From the human T2T-CHM13v2.0 reference genome, Homo sapiens, in assembly GCF_009914755.1 (NCBI RefSeq), contig NC_060941.1: 64,000 bases of DNA, one strand, 5' to 3'. The notes below the pieces were generated by a model, which saw only the letters and a list, made by a program, of their open reading frames with translations, ran no database searches and was not told the DNA's origin. A program made the position numbers and the translations under genes. Of this stretch, positions 16,810 through 33,130 are shown piece by piece (the stretch's first letter is position 1; each line of letters begins with the position of its first letter).

Positions 16810-17032
16810 AAGGAGACCATGGAATGGAGGTGGTTCCAGCCAGATCTGCAGACTGCGGTGGCAGTGGCCAACAATGTCAAGTGAGAAGCCCAGCAGGAGC
16901 TGGGCACTGTGAAGAGGAAACTGCTGAACTGCTGGAGGAGGAGGAGAAGGAGGAGGAGAATGCCTGGCTGCAGAAGGAGCTGGGGGATGTGCAGGGCTGC
17001 GGCAGGGTGGTTTCCAGCAGAGCTGCCCCTCC
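16810..17032 (+). pseudogene. SPECC1: SPECC1 pseudo-exon C
   Basis: ttttcag|[38 protein letters not shown]; TGA at 16882-16884; 8-bp duplication AACTGCTG (16919-16934) shifts the frame; ends ...SRAAP|gtgagt. Confidence 0.92.
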
Positions 17033-20000
17033 GTGAGTCTAGTGGGCACCCAGGCCATGCTTGCTTTTCACTTAATTACTGTGCATGGGGCTCCCTGGTG
17101 GGGATGAGACGCTTCATGTCTCTCTGTGCAAGGCTCTGCTGTTTCTTTTCTGGGATCAGTCTGCATTACCAGTGCTACCGCATCACTAGGAACATTCCAT
17201 CCAGTGCCCAGTTTCTGCCATGCTTAGCAGCATAAGGGGCTGCTAAGCTCCTCACTTACATATGAAGGGCGAGTTCTAGCCAAGTATCCTGCTAGGCTTA
17301 AAGAATAGAAGTCCTGTCTAGGATGCTCCTTGAATCTTAGTATTTATTAGTGCAGGGAGTGCACACTGATAAATACGAGCCCACCACCTTGCACAGGTCA
17401 CTCCCATGCAGTGGGAGAAGCTGGAATCACTCCTGAGGGGAGGAGCCACCAAATAAGGACACATTCCTCCCGGCCCAGGGATGTGTCTACTTATTTGACA
17501 ACACCCATGGGCTACTTCAACAGGCCTTGACATAACTCACTTTATTTTAAAAAGAGTGGAAAACATGCATTTGGCTGATGTATGACATTCCCCTCTGCTC
17601 TGGACGGGAAGAAACACACAGCCTATCAGCCCAGAGAGCTCTGCTAATAGTGACATTTAAGAGTATTTGGGACTACAGTTGCACCAGACAAGATCATTAC
17701 TTTATAGCCGGACCTCTACCCTCTGGCCACCAAAGGATGTGGATTTTAGGAAAACTAGATTTTGCAGTGTTCCCTGTTGAAACAGCAGTGAGGCCATTCA
17801 GGGTGGCCTCTGTGTCTGCTGTTGTTTGTTTGCCTCTGTCTTGCTTCCCTATTGTCTGTCATTGGAAGAAGATCCCAGTCAGAACTTGTGTTGCTTCACA
17901 TGGACGCTATTTTAATGATAAATGGTAAAAGGTAAGTCCTAAGTTTCCATGGTAGCCCTGAATAACCAGGTTCTTGTATGAGCTGCTGCATTTCTTATGT
18001 ATACTGTGAGACACAGGCCATACCATGCAGTGTGAACCCTGGTATTCTAGGAAATCTCCGCATGCATCCTGGCAGTTTAGGACTCCCTATGCTGCATCCT
18101 GCATCTTCAGTCTTAACGTCATTGTTTTTTTAAACACAGAATTTTCTTTTTTGATTTTCCGGTGATTTGCAACATTACTTTCTCAATATAGCAGTTTAAT
18201 CCCTTACCACAAAACATTTCAAATTTTGGAACTGACACCAATGAGAACGTGTCATGGTACTGAAATCAGGCATCATGATGATTTTGCCTGCCATTGTGTT
18301 TGGCAGGAAGTCAGACAAGTGCCAGTGATGGTTTCTTGTCTGATTTTGCACTTCTCTGGCAAGCTGTCACCTCTGAAGAGTTGACTATTGGGTAATTACT
18401 CGCTCATGGCTCGGTCACTCCTGGAACCTACCCCATGAGCAAGAACTAAAACCAACTCACACCCTCCAAGCTCCCGAAGCCAGCCAGTGTTTCCGTCTTG
18501 GCTGAATGAGTTCTTGATTGAAACTCAATTTGACTTTGGCAGTCATCTAATGAGAACTCAAAAGTCATCCTTGGTTCAGCCACAGCAAAAGAACTTGCAG
18601 AACATTCTCTGATGAGATCTTCAAGTACAACTGAGAGAAGGTAAGAACACCCAAAAAGCACCTGGATCCTGACACGGGATTACCTGATTCTTAAACTGTT
18701 TGCCCCCGTGGGCACTCACAGGGATGGTTGCAGCCAGGCTGATAGGCATGAGATGAAGCGCCCAGGCAGGAATGCAAATCAGCATTTATTACCGGAACTC
18801 AGTGACTACACAGTGGGATATTATCTAACTCATCAATGATCTTCAGCCCTGTTACACTTCAAAAATATTTTTATTTCAGAGTTAGAATAACTGATGTTAA
18901 GGTATATGGGGAAGGAAGGTGGTAGCCTCGTCTTTGCAGCCAACCAGCAGTATCTCATTCTCAGCCTCATGTTTGCAGCCAACTAGCAATATCTCGTTCC
19001 CAGCCCCGTCTCCTGCCTCTGTTAAAAGAGGTGGGAAAAGTGAGTAGTTTTCAAGGTCCGTTTAAGCTCTGCTATTCTCTGGACTGGTTGGTCAGCTGAC
19101 CTTTCCCTGGTGGGAGAGTCAGAAATTCCTGTGCCAGCCTTAGCATCTTTCTGATGCAATCCTTTGAACCTCTTTGACACAGTGGTTTCCCCATTGTTGA
19201 TGAGCAGTGCATGACACAAGGCTTCTCTAACAGCAGCGGGGAAAGACCTCTGCATTTACTGTGTTTGTTTATTTCTCTTGTTCTGAAACAGTAAATGCTG
19301 TTATTTCAGGGTGACTTACCTAATTCTTACAGTGTTTATATAACACCAGTAAACATCCATGGAAGGAAAACATCTTTAAAAGAGATCATTAAACACACTT
19401 AACATCTGTGCCTAATTAATGCTATTGGTATCTAAATAGAATGTCTGTGATTCGAATGTGTTTTGCCTGCACCACCAGTTCTTGGGTTGTCCCCTCTCGG
19501 AGGTGAGCACTGTGGCAGCACAGCATGTGCAGACTCCGCTGGAATTGGCTTAACTCCGTGTGTGCACATCAGTGTCAGCCCGAGCGTCGCTGCATGTGCC
19601 CGCACTGCCCTCTGTGTTGCTCTGATGGCTCTAATGGGTCACAGCCGCTTAGCACATGTTCTCCAGCTGCTGCGGAGAGGGGAAGGGCAGAAGTTGGAGG
19701 TATAGATTCTTGGGTCCCTAAGGTCCCTTTTCAAGCTCTCTTGCTGCAGATGCTCTGGTACCGAGCCCCTGTCCCAGGTGGAGGGGGCCCATTCCGCTAA
19801 GGATTCCTAAACAGTTTCTGAACAGACTTCACCTTAGCACCCATGACGAACAGGGGCTTCTGGCATTTAATTTGGCCCTTAATGTAGAACCTGGTCCTCT
19901 CATATCCTCTTACTCTAGCCAGCCTTATCTGTTGACTCACATAGTACTTTTTTTTTATAGTTTAGATTTATGACATACACAGTCTATAATTCTAAATAGC

Positions 20001-20466
20001 TGTGTCTGCCTCCCTATTCCCTAATCCGCATCTTTACAGATTTGAACGGTGTGGACATAAGCTTCTCTTAGGCCTTTAGGATTTTTAGGTTGAAATTATG
20101 AAAGAAAAAAAGTTTTTTGGCCTTGACAGTAGAGGGGAAGCACAAGCCTCTCTGTAAATTCTGGAGGGGCCTGTGGTGTTCATCATGGGCATCTCTGCTT
20201 CACCACACAGTTCTTTGTTGGAGAAGTTCTGGTGGAGGAGCCTAGTACAGGCATTTGTAGTCTGACATTTTTTTATGTCCGAAAACCTTTGGCTTCCAAA
20301 AAATTGGAACAGTAGGAATTAAAACCCATTGGCCTATCCTGGACATTAGCTTGTCCCCGTAGGGCAGTGTAAGCTGGAAATTCTTGCGTTTGTGAACTAA
20401 GACCGTGTTGCCTTAGGGTAACTCCTTTACAGCCTCTCCCTCCCCATTTCTATTTTCACCTCTCAG

Positions 20467-20483
20467 TGGGCTCTGTCAGCTAG
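20467..20483 (+). pseudogene. SPECC1: Remnant of the SPECC1 short-isoform terminal coding exon (…GSVS*), followed by putative 3' UTR
   Basis: A long polypyrimidine tract and tctcag are followed by TG GGC TCT GTC AGC TAG. This matches my recollection of the SLGSVS* end of the short SPECC1/NSP5a3a isoform. AATAAA occurs at 20752 and 22012. Confidence 0.6.
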
Positions 20484-21024
20484 CAGAGCATTTGGTGGAA
20501 GAAAGACAGCCCAGCTCTTCCCATGATTGGGATCCACAGCCATCTCTGTATGAAAGGGGGAATGTGTAGAAGAGAAATTACCTCTTTATAAAGAGCCCGG
20601 GTGTCTCCTTGTGACATTCACTGTTTCTCGGAACCATTGCCTTTGAGTCTGCTTTTTGTCCACATTTTGGAATCAGCTCACTGCATGATCAAAGATGATC
20701 CTTCACTCTTTTTTCTTTTTCTCAGAAGCTTCAGCAGTCTTTTATTTGGAGAATAAAATGAAGTTGTACTGAAAAAAGAAAGTACAGGTCTCATGAAGAA
20801 GAGTTATTTGCAGCTGGAATGTTGAGAAGGCACAGTGGCAGAGCAGATCTGAGTAATGCTTATTCCGAAGAAGTCAAAAAGTTTGGCTTCCTTCTGTGGG
20901 GTCTTGATTGTGCCTCTTCACACAGGGTCTGACTTCATTACCTCATCTGAAACTAAGTACCACTAAGCTTTGGTTTGATTTCCAGAATCTTGCTGGGCTA
21001 AACGCAAGTAGATGTTTCGTTCAT

Positions 21025-21529
21025 TGTTGGGAATAGGCCCCCAAAATCTGGCCATAAACTGGCCCCCAAACTGGCCATAAACAAAATCTCTGCAGCACTG
21101 TGACATGTTTGTGATGGCCATGACGCCCACGCTGAAGGTTGTGGGTTTACCGGAATGAGGACAAGGAACACCTGGCCCACCCAGGGCAGAAAACCGCTTA
21201 AAGGCGTTCTTAAACCACAAACAATAGCATGATCGATCTGTTTAAGGAGAGCATGCTCCTGCTGCTGATAACTAGCCAGAGCCCATCCCTTTATTTCGGC
21301 ACATCCCTTTGTTTCCCGTAAGGAATAGTCTTAGTTAATCTATATAGAAACAATGCTTATCACTGGCTTGCTGTCAGTAAATATGTGGGTAAATCTCTGT
21401 TTGAGGCTCTCAGCTCTGAAGGCTTGAGACCCCTGATTTCCCACTCCACACCTCTATGTTGCTGTGTGTGTGTCTTTAATTCCTCTAGTGCCACTGGGTT
21501 AGGGTCTCCCAACCAAGCTGGTCTCAGCA
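21025..21529 (+). mobile_element. MER9 solo LTR (HERV-K HML-3)
   Basis: TGTTGGGAATAGGCCCCCAAAATCTGGCCATAAAC…GGTCTCAGCA; 6-bp TSD GTTCAT/GTTGAT. Confidence 0.88.
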
Positions 21530-22276
21530 GTTGATCATAAAGGATGCTGTTAAGCCAGATAGGTAAGCATGGTGACAGTGGCAATAGAAATCTAATGGAA
21601 AACGGTTGAATGACAACTACACCAAAAGCCTCATGGATGAAACTCAGCCTGGAAACTTAGTGTTCAACTCAGAGCGATCCACAATTTTATGTGGATTTTA
21701 AACTTCCAGAAATGTGATTTTAAACTTCCGGGAATACCTGTGTTTGTGAAGATCCAAATCCATTTCAGCAACCTCCATCAGGCAGAAACCTCCTGCAGTT
21801 CTCAGCATGGAGCTATTAGCTATCCAAAGGAAAGCTAGTATCCAAAGGATGAGACAAGGCAAGAGTTACTGTCTAATAAAAGGAAAATTAGGAACAGGAG
21901 TGCTCTTTAAACTCAGGAAGATGTTTTGGGGTGTCAAACCAGACAGCACAGAATCACTAGAAACATTAGCTTGGTGTGAGAAAGAAGAGACATTGATATC
22001 TTCTGTGTAAAAATAAATACTTGCGAGTAGGACTGTAGATTCTGGGAGCTCTTTATCTCGTATTCAGAGTTGTTGGGATGATTTAAAACTCATTTGCTGG
22101 ATGTTTTTAAATATAAACAGTAAGAAAACTGCAACCTCAACTTAAAAGGCACCACTGTATTTGCAGCCCACATTTTGTCCTATCTTTACTCCAGGTACTG
22201 CTGAGTATTTTTATCTGTAAGCATTTGTAAAATGCTAAATAATGTTGTTATACAGAAGCTCGTCTGCTGCTTAAGG

Positions 22277-22570
22277 TTTTTTTTTTTTTTTGAGACGGAG
22301 TCTCGCTCTATCGCCCAGGCTGGAGTGCAGTGGCGCAGTCTCAGCTCACTAACCTCCATCTCCCGGGTTCACGCCATTCTCTTGCCTCAGCCTCCTGAGT
22401 AGCTGGGACTACAGGTGCTGGCCACCACACCCAGCTAATTTTTTATATTTTTAGTAGAGACGGAGTTTCACCGTGTTGGTCAGGATGGTCTGGATCTCCT
22501 GACCTTGTGATCTGTCCACCTCGGCCTCCCAGAGTGCTGGGATTACAGGCGTGAGCCACCGCGCCCGGCC
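22277..22570 (-). mobile_element. AluY-like
   Basis: TSD TGCTGCTT(A/G)AG. Confidence 0.94.
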
Positions 22571-23447
22571 TGCTGCTTGAGTTTTAATCACCAGCTATGT
22601 TTCTGCAGGGCCTTTATGTCATTTTGTTCTACATTTTTTCATGAATATAGTTTCAGAACTTCAAAGCCTCCTCAAATAATAGAATTTGAAGGAGAAACAA
22701 GCTGGACTTTAAATATAAGTTGTAGATAGAAGGTTGAGCTGGGATATGAATGATTTTATTATTAGAACAAGAGGACGTGGAGCAAAAACACTAGTTTTGC
22801 ATAAATTAATTTTTAAGCAAAACTGTAGAATCTCAGAAAATATAGTATGGACTTTTTAGTCTAGATGTTTCTTGTTGAAATTTAAAAATGAATAGATTGG
22901 TGAATTAATGTATTGGATTTTCTCCTAATTATGAAGTAATATTTAGGTATACTGGTAGCAAAATGGAGATGTGTCAAGAAAAATACTAATCTTTCTCCTC
23001 CTTCAGTACTCACCCTGCAAGGAAATCACTGGTAACAGTGTGTATATTTTTTGTTAATCATAAAATGTATAGGCTTCATTTATATATGTTTAAATATAAA
23101 CAGGACTATGTTCTACACAGTATGCTGCACCTTCACTTTTTATTTCATGTAACATGGGCATCCTTCCAGGTCAATACATACAAAGAGAACTCATTTTAAG
23201 AGCTGCATGGCCTTCCACAGGAGGGATGTGCCCTGGAATATTCAAATATTGTCTTACTAATGCCAGCAAGGTTATAGTTTTCTTTGTTACGAATAATGCT
23301 ATAATACGAGTCCTTATTCATATAGTCCTATATAGTTGTGATTTTATTTTTATAGCATGAATTTCTAAAACTATGACTGCTGCTCTAGAGAATATACACA
23401 TTTTTATCTTAATAGATGTCTCCAGGTTACTCACCTGACTGCTGTGA

Positions 23448-23761
<314 letters not shown>

Positions 23762-24029
23762 GACATTTCACTCTTGATGAACGTGCCCATCTCTGCATAG
23801 TCTGAGCAGCCACAGAAAGTGTTGATCTTATTTTTGCCAATAGGATAAGTGAAAAATACTATCTTATTAGATTTTAATTTGTATATCTCTGAGCATATTT
23901 TTATGTGTACTAACCAATTGCACTTTCTCTTCTAGAGTTGCTAGTTTAGCACTTTTGCCTATTATTTCACTGAGCTGATTGTTTCTTTCTCATCAGTTTA
24001 TAAGTCAGTATTTTATTAGGGATGTCGGG

Positions 24030-24360
24030 GTTTTTTTTTTTCGTTTTGTTTTGGGGGGGTTGTTTTTTGTTGTTGTTGTTTTGAGACAGGGTCTTGCTTT
24101 GTCACCCAGGCTGGAGTGCAGTGGCACGATCACAGCTCACTGAAGCCTTGACCTCCCAGGCGCAAATGATCCTCCTACTCAGCCTCCCAAATAGCGGGGA
24201 CGACAGGCGAACACCACCATGCCTTCCTAATTCGAATTTTTGTCCAGCTGGGATGTCACTTTATTGCCGAGGCTGGTCTTCAACTCCTGGGCTTGAGTGA
24301 TCCTCCCACCTTAGTCTCCCAAATCACTGGAATTATAATTGTGAATCACTGTGCTTGCCC
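24030..24360 (-). mobile_element. AluJ
   Basis: Diverged antisense Alu. Confidence 0.85.
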
Positions 24361-24556
24361 AAAGATGTGTTTTTATCCCCAGTGCACTACAGGCCTTTGG
24401 CTTTAACATCCGTATCATAGAAAAGTTTATATTTTTATATAATGTTAACTTAGTGTTTCTTTTGTTATTTCTTTTTGTTTGTTTGAAGGTTTTCCCTCTC
24501 CAATCTTATTTGTTACAAATAAACTATTAAGTTTCATTCTCTGTTTTATGCACGTG

Positions 24557-24599
24557 CACACACAGACACACACACAGATACACACACACACACACACAC
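24557..24599. repeat. Imperfect (CA)n
   Basis: Read directly. Confidence 0.9.
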
Positions 24600-25022
24600 G
24601 CAGGCGTTTGATCCACCTTTCTTTATTTAATCTGATGTGAGCTGTGCGTCTTTCTCTCCCGGTTAGATAGCTGGTCATGCCAGCACTATTACCAGAACCA
24701 TCCTTTGTCCACTGAATTGAAATCCCACCTTTACATGATTCATTTCATCTGCATTCGGAGAGAACTGCCCTAAGTATGCCCCCATTTCTTTTTCTTTTGA
24801 GTTAGTTCTGCTTTAAAATATTAATGAGTTATTAGATTGCTTATATTATTTTTAACTCACCTTTCATTTTAAATTGTCATCTTTAATTTATGTCTTCTTA
24901 TTTTATTGAATTTTAAGGTAGATACTATCAGTGTCAAATTGTTTCTGGTCATGAATTTACAAATGTTGGTCCTCTCTTGAGTGCAGTTTCCCCTTCACTT
25001 TGTATTATGAAATATTTGCATC

Positions 25023-25346
<324 letters not shown>

Positions 25347-26568
25347 TCAAGCAGGGCATTATTTTGTTCATCACCTTCTCTTGCTGAAGCAGATCCAGGT
25401 GTGGCAGGGCCTGACGTTTGGCCCAGGTCAGTGTCTGGATCCTGCTCAGTTCCACTGCCTTTACCTGACAGTGCTTAGGATCTTATGACTGAAATGCGTT
25501 GGAAGGCTCTTGAAGGTGCATATATATTACATATTGAAAGGTACAGAAGCTCAGGTAGAGTAGAAAAGGGTGAGTGCCTAACGGGGAAATTCACCTGTGC
25601 CCAGTTTGTTCTCTGCTTGGTGAGCCTGGAATACAGAGCCAACTCTCTGGGTCTACATTTGCGTGCCCCTCGTCCATTTTAGATGCACGCCATGGCTTTT
25701 CCTGCCCTGTCCCTTGTCACTACTGTCCTTTGTGTCTGGGGTAAACCAACCTTGGCCTCCTCAGATGTAAATTCCTCTTGTTCCTGATCCTTTGCCAGAA
25801 TGCCCTGCATCTCTCTGGGCTTCTCGTGCTCCTCACCAGCCCTGGCCTTCTAGGGTGGGGGACATTAGTGGAGGGTTTCCCTTATCTCCATTTTCTTTGG
25901 AAGGGATTTGGAGGAAAGCTCTTGGTATTTTATTTTAATTTCCCCCCCACCACATACTCTCTATTAGCAGAAATTCTTCAAAGTGTAGGCTTGTAGATGA
26001 TACCTGACTACAAGATTTTTACTGTTTCTTTGATTCTTTTTGTTCAGATTTGTAGATGAAGATGCTTATGTTCAAATTGCCATCTTATCCTGTTTGATTT
26101 TATTGTTGAATATGCTTATATTGAAATTTGAAAGTGAAATTCAGAAGATACTGTTTTGACATCTGGAGAGAGAGTACTTCATAATTTCTGTCTCACAATA
26201 GAGGGACAAACTTCTCTTAGATTTGTTTTGTGTAAAACAATAAGAAGTATTTAGAGAAAATTACGCTCCAGGCAAGGGCATAGAATGAGCAAAGGCACAG
26301 AGGCAGGACATAAAAGAAAAAAAACTTCAGGTGGCTGGGTGTATAGTCCAAAAACTAGACGGGTAGAGGGGACTCATGGGAGATCAATCGAAAGGCCTGG
26401 GGCTGGGCTTCATCCAGGTGTTCAGGAAAGATCCCAGCAGGCATGAGCATGTGGTTGGCACAACCTGCCCTCTTCACAAATATTAATCTGCCAGTTGTGA
26501 AGGTAGCAGTGGTGCCATGCAACGCTTCCCAAATGGAGTTACCCTTGAATACTTAAAAAATCATCATG

Positions 26569-26705
26569 GGCTGGGCATGGTGGCTCACGCCTGTAATCCC
26601 AGCATTTTGGGAGGCCAAGGTGGATGAATCACTTAATGTGATGAGTTCAAGACCAGCCTGGCCAACATGGCAAAACCCTGTTTCTACTGAACATTAAAAA
26701 AAAAA
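26569..26705 (+). mobile_element. Alu left monomer/FLAM
   Basis: Single arm with A run. Confidence 0.85.
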
Positions 26706-27440
26706 TCTTGTATAGGAGCTCACCTGTGCCTGGATCAGAATAAACAACATAAAGTGGTGTCTTGAGGAAGTAAAAGCTATAGACAATCACTGGCAGTTGA
26801 AGACTCTGTTCCGTAATATAACAAAGAAAGCAACAAATTTAGAGAGGTTAAATAAAAGTTTCAAAGGGAAATAATTACAGACATATATGTATGTGGTCTT
26901 AAATGACAAGGTAAGACGTAGAAGGCAGACCAACGTTCAGTGAGGAGGGCCGTGCATCTTGTTGTGCTCTGTGGAGACGCTGCCTGCTTATAGGGTGCGT
27001 GCGTGTCACCTGCTGTGTGTGACACACCATCAGAAAGTCTGGCCTCCAAATGTTATTCACAGGTATGGGTTGCCACCTTGTAAGAACAGATTATTGTACA
27101 AAAATAGGAATGTTGAAAGAAATATTGGGAATGTTTTTTCTTAAATATTATTATATTTTAAGAAGAAATACCATCAGCATTATTTTTGGAACCTTGTATA
27201 CCTCTCATAGAACACTTGTGCACAACAGAAAATTTGAGAAAGGCCTGGCCAGAGCTGGATTTGCATCCCAGATTTACCATTCATGAACCATGTGACCATC
27301 ATCAAATTTTCCTCTAAAATAAGAGATAATGTGTGGAGGTTTTGTGGAAAATTAAATTAGATAACATTTTTAAGACACATGGTACTGTGCCTGTCATATA
27401 CAGTGGAGTTATACTGTATTAGTTTGTTCTCACTTTGCTA

Positions 27441-27761
<321 letters not shown>

Positions 27762-27803
27762 TTACCTGAGACTGGGTATTTTATAAAGAAAAAAGGTTTA
27801 ATT

Positions 27804-28104
27804 GCCAGGCACAGTGACTCACACTTGTAATTCCAGCACTTTGGGAGGCTGAGGCAGGCAGATCACAAGGTCAGGAGATCGAGATCATCGTGGCTAACAC
27901 GGTGAAACTCCGTCTCTGCTAAAAATACAAAAATATTAGCCGGGCATGGTGGCGGGTGCCTGTAGTCCCAGCTACTCAGGAGGCTGAGGCAGGAGAATGG
28001 CATGAACCCAGGAGGCAGAGCTTGCAGTGAGCCGAGATCACTCCATTGCACCCCAGCCTGGGCAACAGAGCCAAGACTCCATCTCAAAAAAAAAAAAAAA
28101 AAAA
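27804..28104 (+). mobile_element. AluY-like
   Basis: TSD AAAAAGGTTTAATTG. Confidence 0.94.
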
Positions 28105-28584
28105 GGTTTAATTGACTCACAGTTCTACAGGTCACACAGGAAGCATGGCTGGGGAGGCATCAGGAAACTTACAATCATGGTGGAAGGTGAAGGGGATGCA
28201 GGTACATATTCACATGGCTGGCAGGAGAGAGAGTGAATGAAACAGGAGGTGCTACATACTTTCAAACAACCAGATCCCTTGAGAACTCTTACCGCAAGAC
28301 AACACTAGGAGGACGGTGCTAAACCGTTAGAAACTGCCCCCATGAGCCAATCACCTCTCACTGGGCCCCACCTCCAACAATGGGAATTACAATTCAACAT
28401 GAGATTTGGGTGGGGACACAGAACCAAACCATATTATGTATGTATATTTGTTTCAGTGAAATTTTCTGTTATTAACATAGTTTTATATGCTGGGGACAAG
28501 CAGAACACATGCTTCATTTTGTTGTGTTAAATGTAGCCCCTAAACACAAAGCAACTATTTCATCAGTGATGTAACTACAGAAAG

Positions 28585-29404
<820 letters not shown>

Positions 29405-31425
29405 TAGTGAGTATTTCTCTAATCTGCTTAAATGATGCAGGGCTTTCTCATACTGACTCGTATTGTTCTAGCCAAGCAGACTGAGCATTAGAAATAACAT
29501 TTTAGGATGCCCAAAGACAGGGGTACTGGAAATTAATTTTTGTGGCCTTGCTTTTTTCTTATACACTCTGAATGAGTCTATATATCATTCAATATTTTGA
29601 ATTGCAGAGAAACTTAGATAACTGAAAGGAATACCTCAGCAGAATGTAGGCTTCTCTATTTTGTTCTTATTAAATTATCAAAGAAGAAAATGAACATGAG
29701 TTATTTAAAATGATTGTCCTTGGAGGCCTTTGGGACCAAGTCATTTAAATGGACTGATAAGAAGGTGGCCCATTTTGTGTCTTGATGACCTTCCTGAGAA
29801 TGGCTGGCACAGACAGAGATTTTTTTCTCCTCAGACCTAACCTGATTTCATTCTGTTTCTGCATATTTGTCAACCTGATTTTATTCTGTGTAACATAAAG
29901 GGGAAAATGTGAAAACCAGTTCCTGTCAGTAAACCTTTAAAAATTATTTAAAAACCCAACCCCTTACAATTTGTTAAGTTCCTAATGGTTTCTTCCAATG
30001 AAGTTTTCAGTTCACTGATTTTTTTTTCCACTCAGAAGCAGGGGCTGTGAAGTCAAGAGTGTAAGACAGTGTGGGTTAACTGTTTTAAGTTCTGTTTCTG
30101 TGAAATGTATTCTATTCATGTTTACAGAGCAACAGAGGAAAGCTTAGAGAATTAAGTACACCGTAAATTTAACCACAGAAGCTTATGAGTAGCTAGATTA
30201 ACTTCAAAACAATCAGTAAATAAATATTTTAAACTTCCACTGACCTTTTTAAAAATCTACTTCCAGATACGTTGTTTGAACTATTCTCATAAATTAGTCA
30301 TCTTGCAAAACAGCTGTGACAATATGATGTAATGAAGAGAGCAATGATTTAGCAGTCAGAAGGCTGGGAGTCCTTGTCTTGGCTCATTCACAGGGAGATC
30401 ACATGACATGCCAAAGTCCCCTAGATAAGGGAGCCATACATGAGAGGATTGAGGATTGGGTCAATGATCTATCATAAAAGACTTTCTATGAGTCTGTGCT
30501 TACACTTAGAAACCTCACAAAGAACACACCAGGGAATTTGGGTGAGAGCAGGAGCTTCAGCTCATGCAGAATTGCAGTGTTATTTTAGAGTTGTGTTACG
30601 ACTCTTAGGCTTAGAAGACAGAATGTCTGAGTCAGGATTCTGTTGTGTATAATGGATTGCACTCTCGTTGGCTTAGACGGAAAAGCGTTAAATGGCTTGC
30701 AGAATTGTTGGGAGGGCTGAGCTTCCAGGAGCAGCTCCCAAAGTCTCCACACAGAATTGGACCACCAGGGAACCTGCTCCCTCCACCAGGACAGGAGCCT
30801 TAACTTCAGAAAGCTGCCCACCCAGTTGGAAAGCTGCCACCACAGTTACCAGCACCAGAAGCATCTTGTCTCTGCTACAGTCTCTGTGCACATAGTGAAT
30901 GCCCTGTGCCCTGCCTCTCTCCCCCTGACTCAGGTGCCACTCCGGGTCTCGCTCAAGTCTTTCTGATGATGGAACTTAAATCACGCCCAAAATCCCAGCT
31001 GCAGGAGAGCTCTGAGATTTCATCTTTCCAGCCTCTGTGTGCCACCTGGGGTTTGGAGCATTTGCCAACAAGCCAATCCACTGCATTCACCATTGACAAT
31101 AAGCAAAATGTTTATGATCAGTAACATTTGCATTTTTTCACAATTTGCAGCATACAGGCTTCTTAATTAGAGCTAATGTCAAGTCATTCTACATATAAAA
31201 ATATCATTTTTGACCGTTTCTCAAGAAACAGCTTTTTAAAAAATCAAGAGCAATGCCTACATTATTTCCTGATGCAAAGCTGGTAGAGAAGATAGGATGT
31301 TAAATTTAGAATTTCCCTTCCAGCTTTGTTTATTTTCTCCACATCAGCTCTGTTTTCCTCTGTGTCTTTTTCTCCCATGGGGACGTCCTCCACCTTTTCA
31401 GTTTGATTTGACCTTTGCTGTGCAG

Positions 31426-31570
31426 ACCTGTGGATGAAGAGCCAGAGTCCCCCAAGGTCGATGCTGCTGGCCAGTGGCCTGGTGTGTGTGTTAACAGAAC
31501 ATCTCCAACGCCCTCAGAGCCCATGACCACCATAAGTCACTCATCAAGTCATTTGACTTGGGATGCCCTG
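31426..31570 (+). pseudogene. SPECC1: SPECC1 pseudo-exon D
   Basis: tgcag|[36 protein letters not shown], a 1-nt frameshift, then [12 protein letters not shown]|gtattt. Confidence 0.92.
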
Positions 31571-32144
31571 GTATTTAATCATTTTTTTCTATAAGCAAAG
31601 TTCCAAATTCAAACTTTGGCCCGACATATCAAACGTTTCTTGACTGTACCCTGGCCCCACGTTGTTACAACCACAAGGGCACTTTCCAGGTACTACCACA
31701 TGGAGCGGCTGCAGGCAGGAGCCTGGCCCAGGCTCCGGGGAGGCACTCATGGAGAGCCTGACTCATGAGTAACACAAAAGCAGCCTCTTCCTCTCTACCT
31801 CTTCCTCCTCTCCAGTTCCTGCCTTGCCTCATTTCTTTTCTGCCTCTCATAGCCATTAAATTCAGGTCACTACTATTTGCCATTTTCTTATTTCATGAGA
31901 AATAGCACGGTCAGCCAGAGGCTTCATCTCCAAGGAAACCAGGCGTCACAACTGTGCACCTGACCCTTTTGTAGGCACCCTTGGCCATCCCCATCTTGCA
32001 GCCTGCTAGACATTTTTCTACCTGGTCTTGTATGTGAGCACCTGTGTTGATCTGTCACTTCTGATCTTGGTGTGCTCCCAGGTTTCCTGGAATTTTCTGA
32101 TAGACTCACAATACCCCTTTAGTCATGTTTATCTTCATGTATGA

Positions 32145-32589
<445 letters not shown>

Positions 32590-33030
32590 GGCTGTAGTAA
32601 AAATTAATCCTAGAATGTACCCGGTTATTATCTCTGCTAAAATAGTTTGCAATTAAATTAAATGAAGATTAAACTACATGTATTGAAAGACATGAAAGCC
32701 CAGTGAGTGAGTCAGTGAAGATGGGAAGTGAATTAACAGTCACAGTTTGTGCAAGAACTTTCCTGTTCCTTCCTCCCCTAGGCACCTCATTATTTAAACA
32801 TATTCGTTTTACTCAGTTGTCCTACATCTAGGACTAGCCTCCACTCAGCTAACAACTCCTCCCCTCTCATTTCTCCAATTCAGCTCTAGTCCAGAGGAGA
32901 AAAGAATAATAAATATCACACTAAACACCATGGAATACTTCTCAAGTCACCAAAGAGGTAAATCAAAAAGTATTATTTGCTATTTTGAACTGGAACAACA
33001 TGTAAATGTTCCCATCTCTTTTCTTGGCAG

Positions 33031-33130
33031 ATGGAACTGGACAGAATACTTCTGTCCATAAGGCCCTTAGAAGCCTCCTAAGCGAAATACCAGTGAGGAC
33101 CTCCCCAGCAGCTGCTGTCTCTCCTGCCAG
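33031..33130 (+). pseudogene. SPECC1: SPECC1 pseudo-exon E
   Basis: ttcttggcag|[31 protein letters not shown]…|gtagat; apparent 1-nt loss near the 3' end. Confidence 0.9.

Noticed and set aside
26040-26915. Acceptor-like (ttgttcag, ~26046) and donor-like (aag|gtaaga, ~26910) sites
   Set aside because: No SPECC1-like translation or consistent ORF; such motifs are common by chance.
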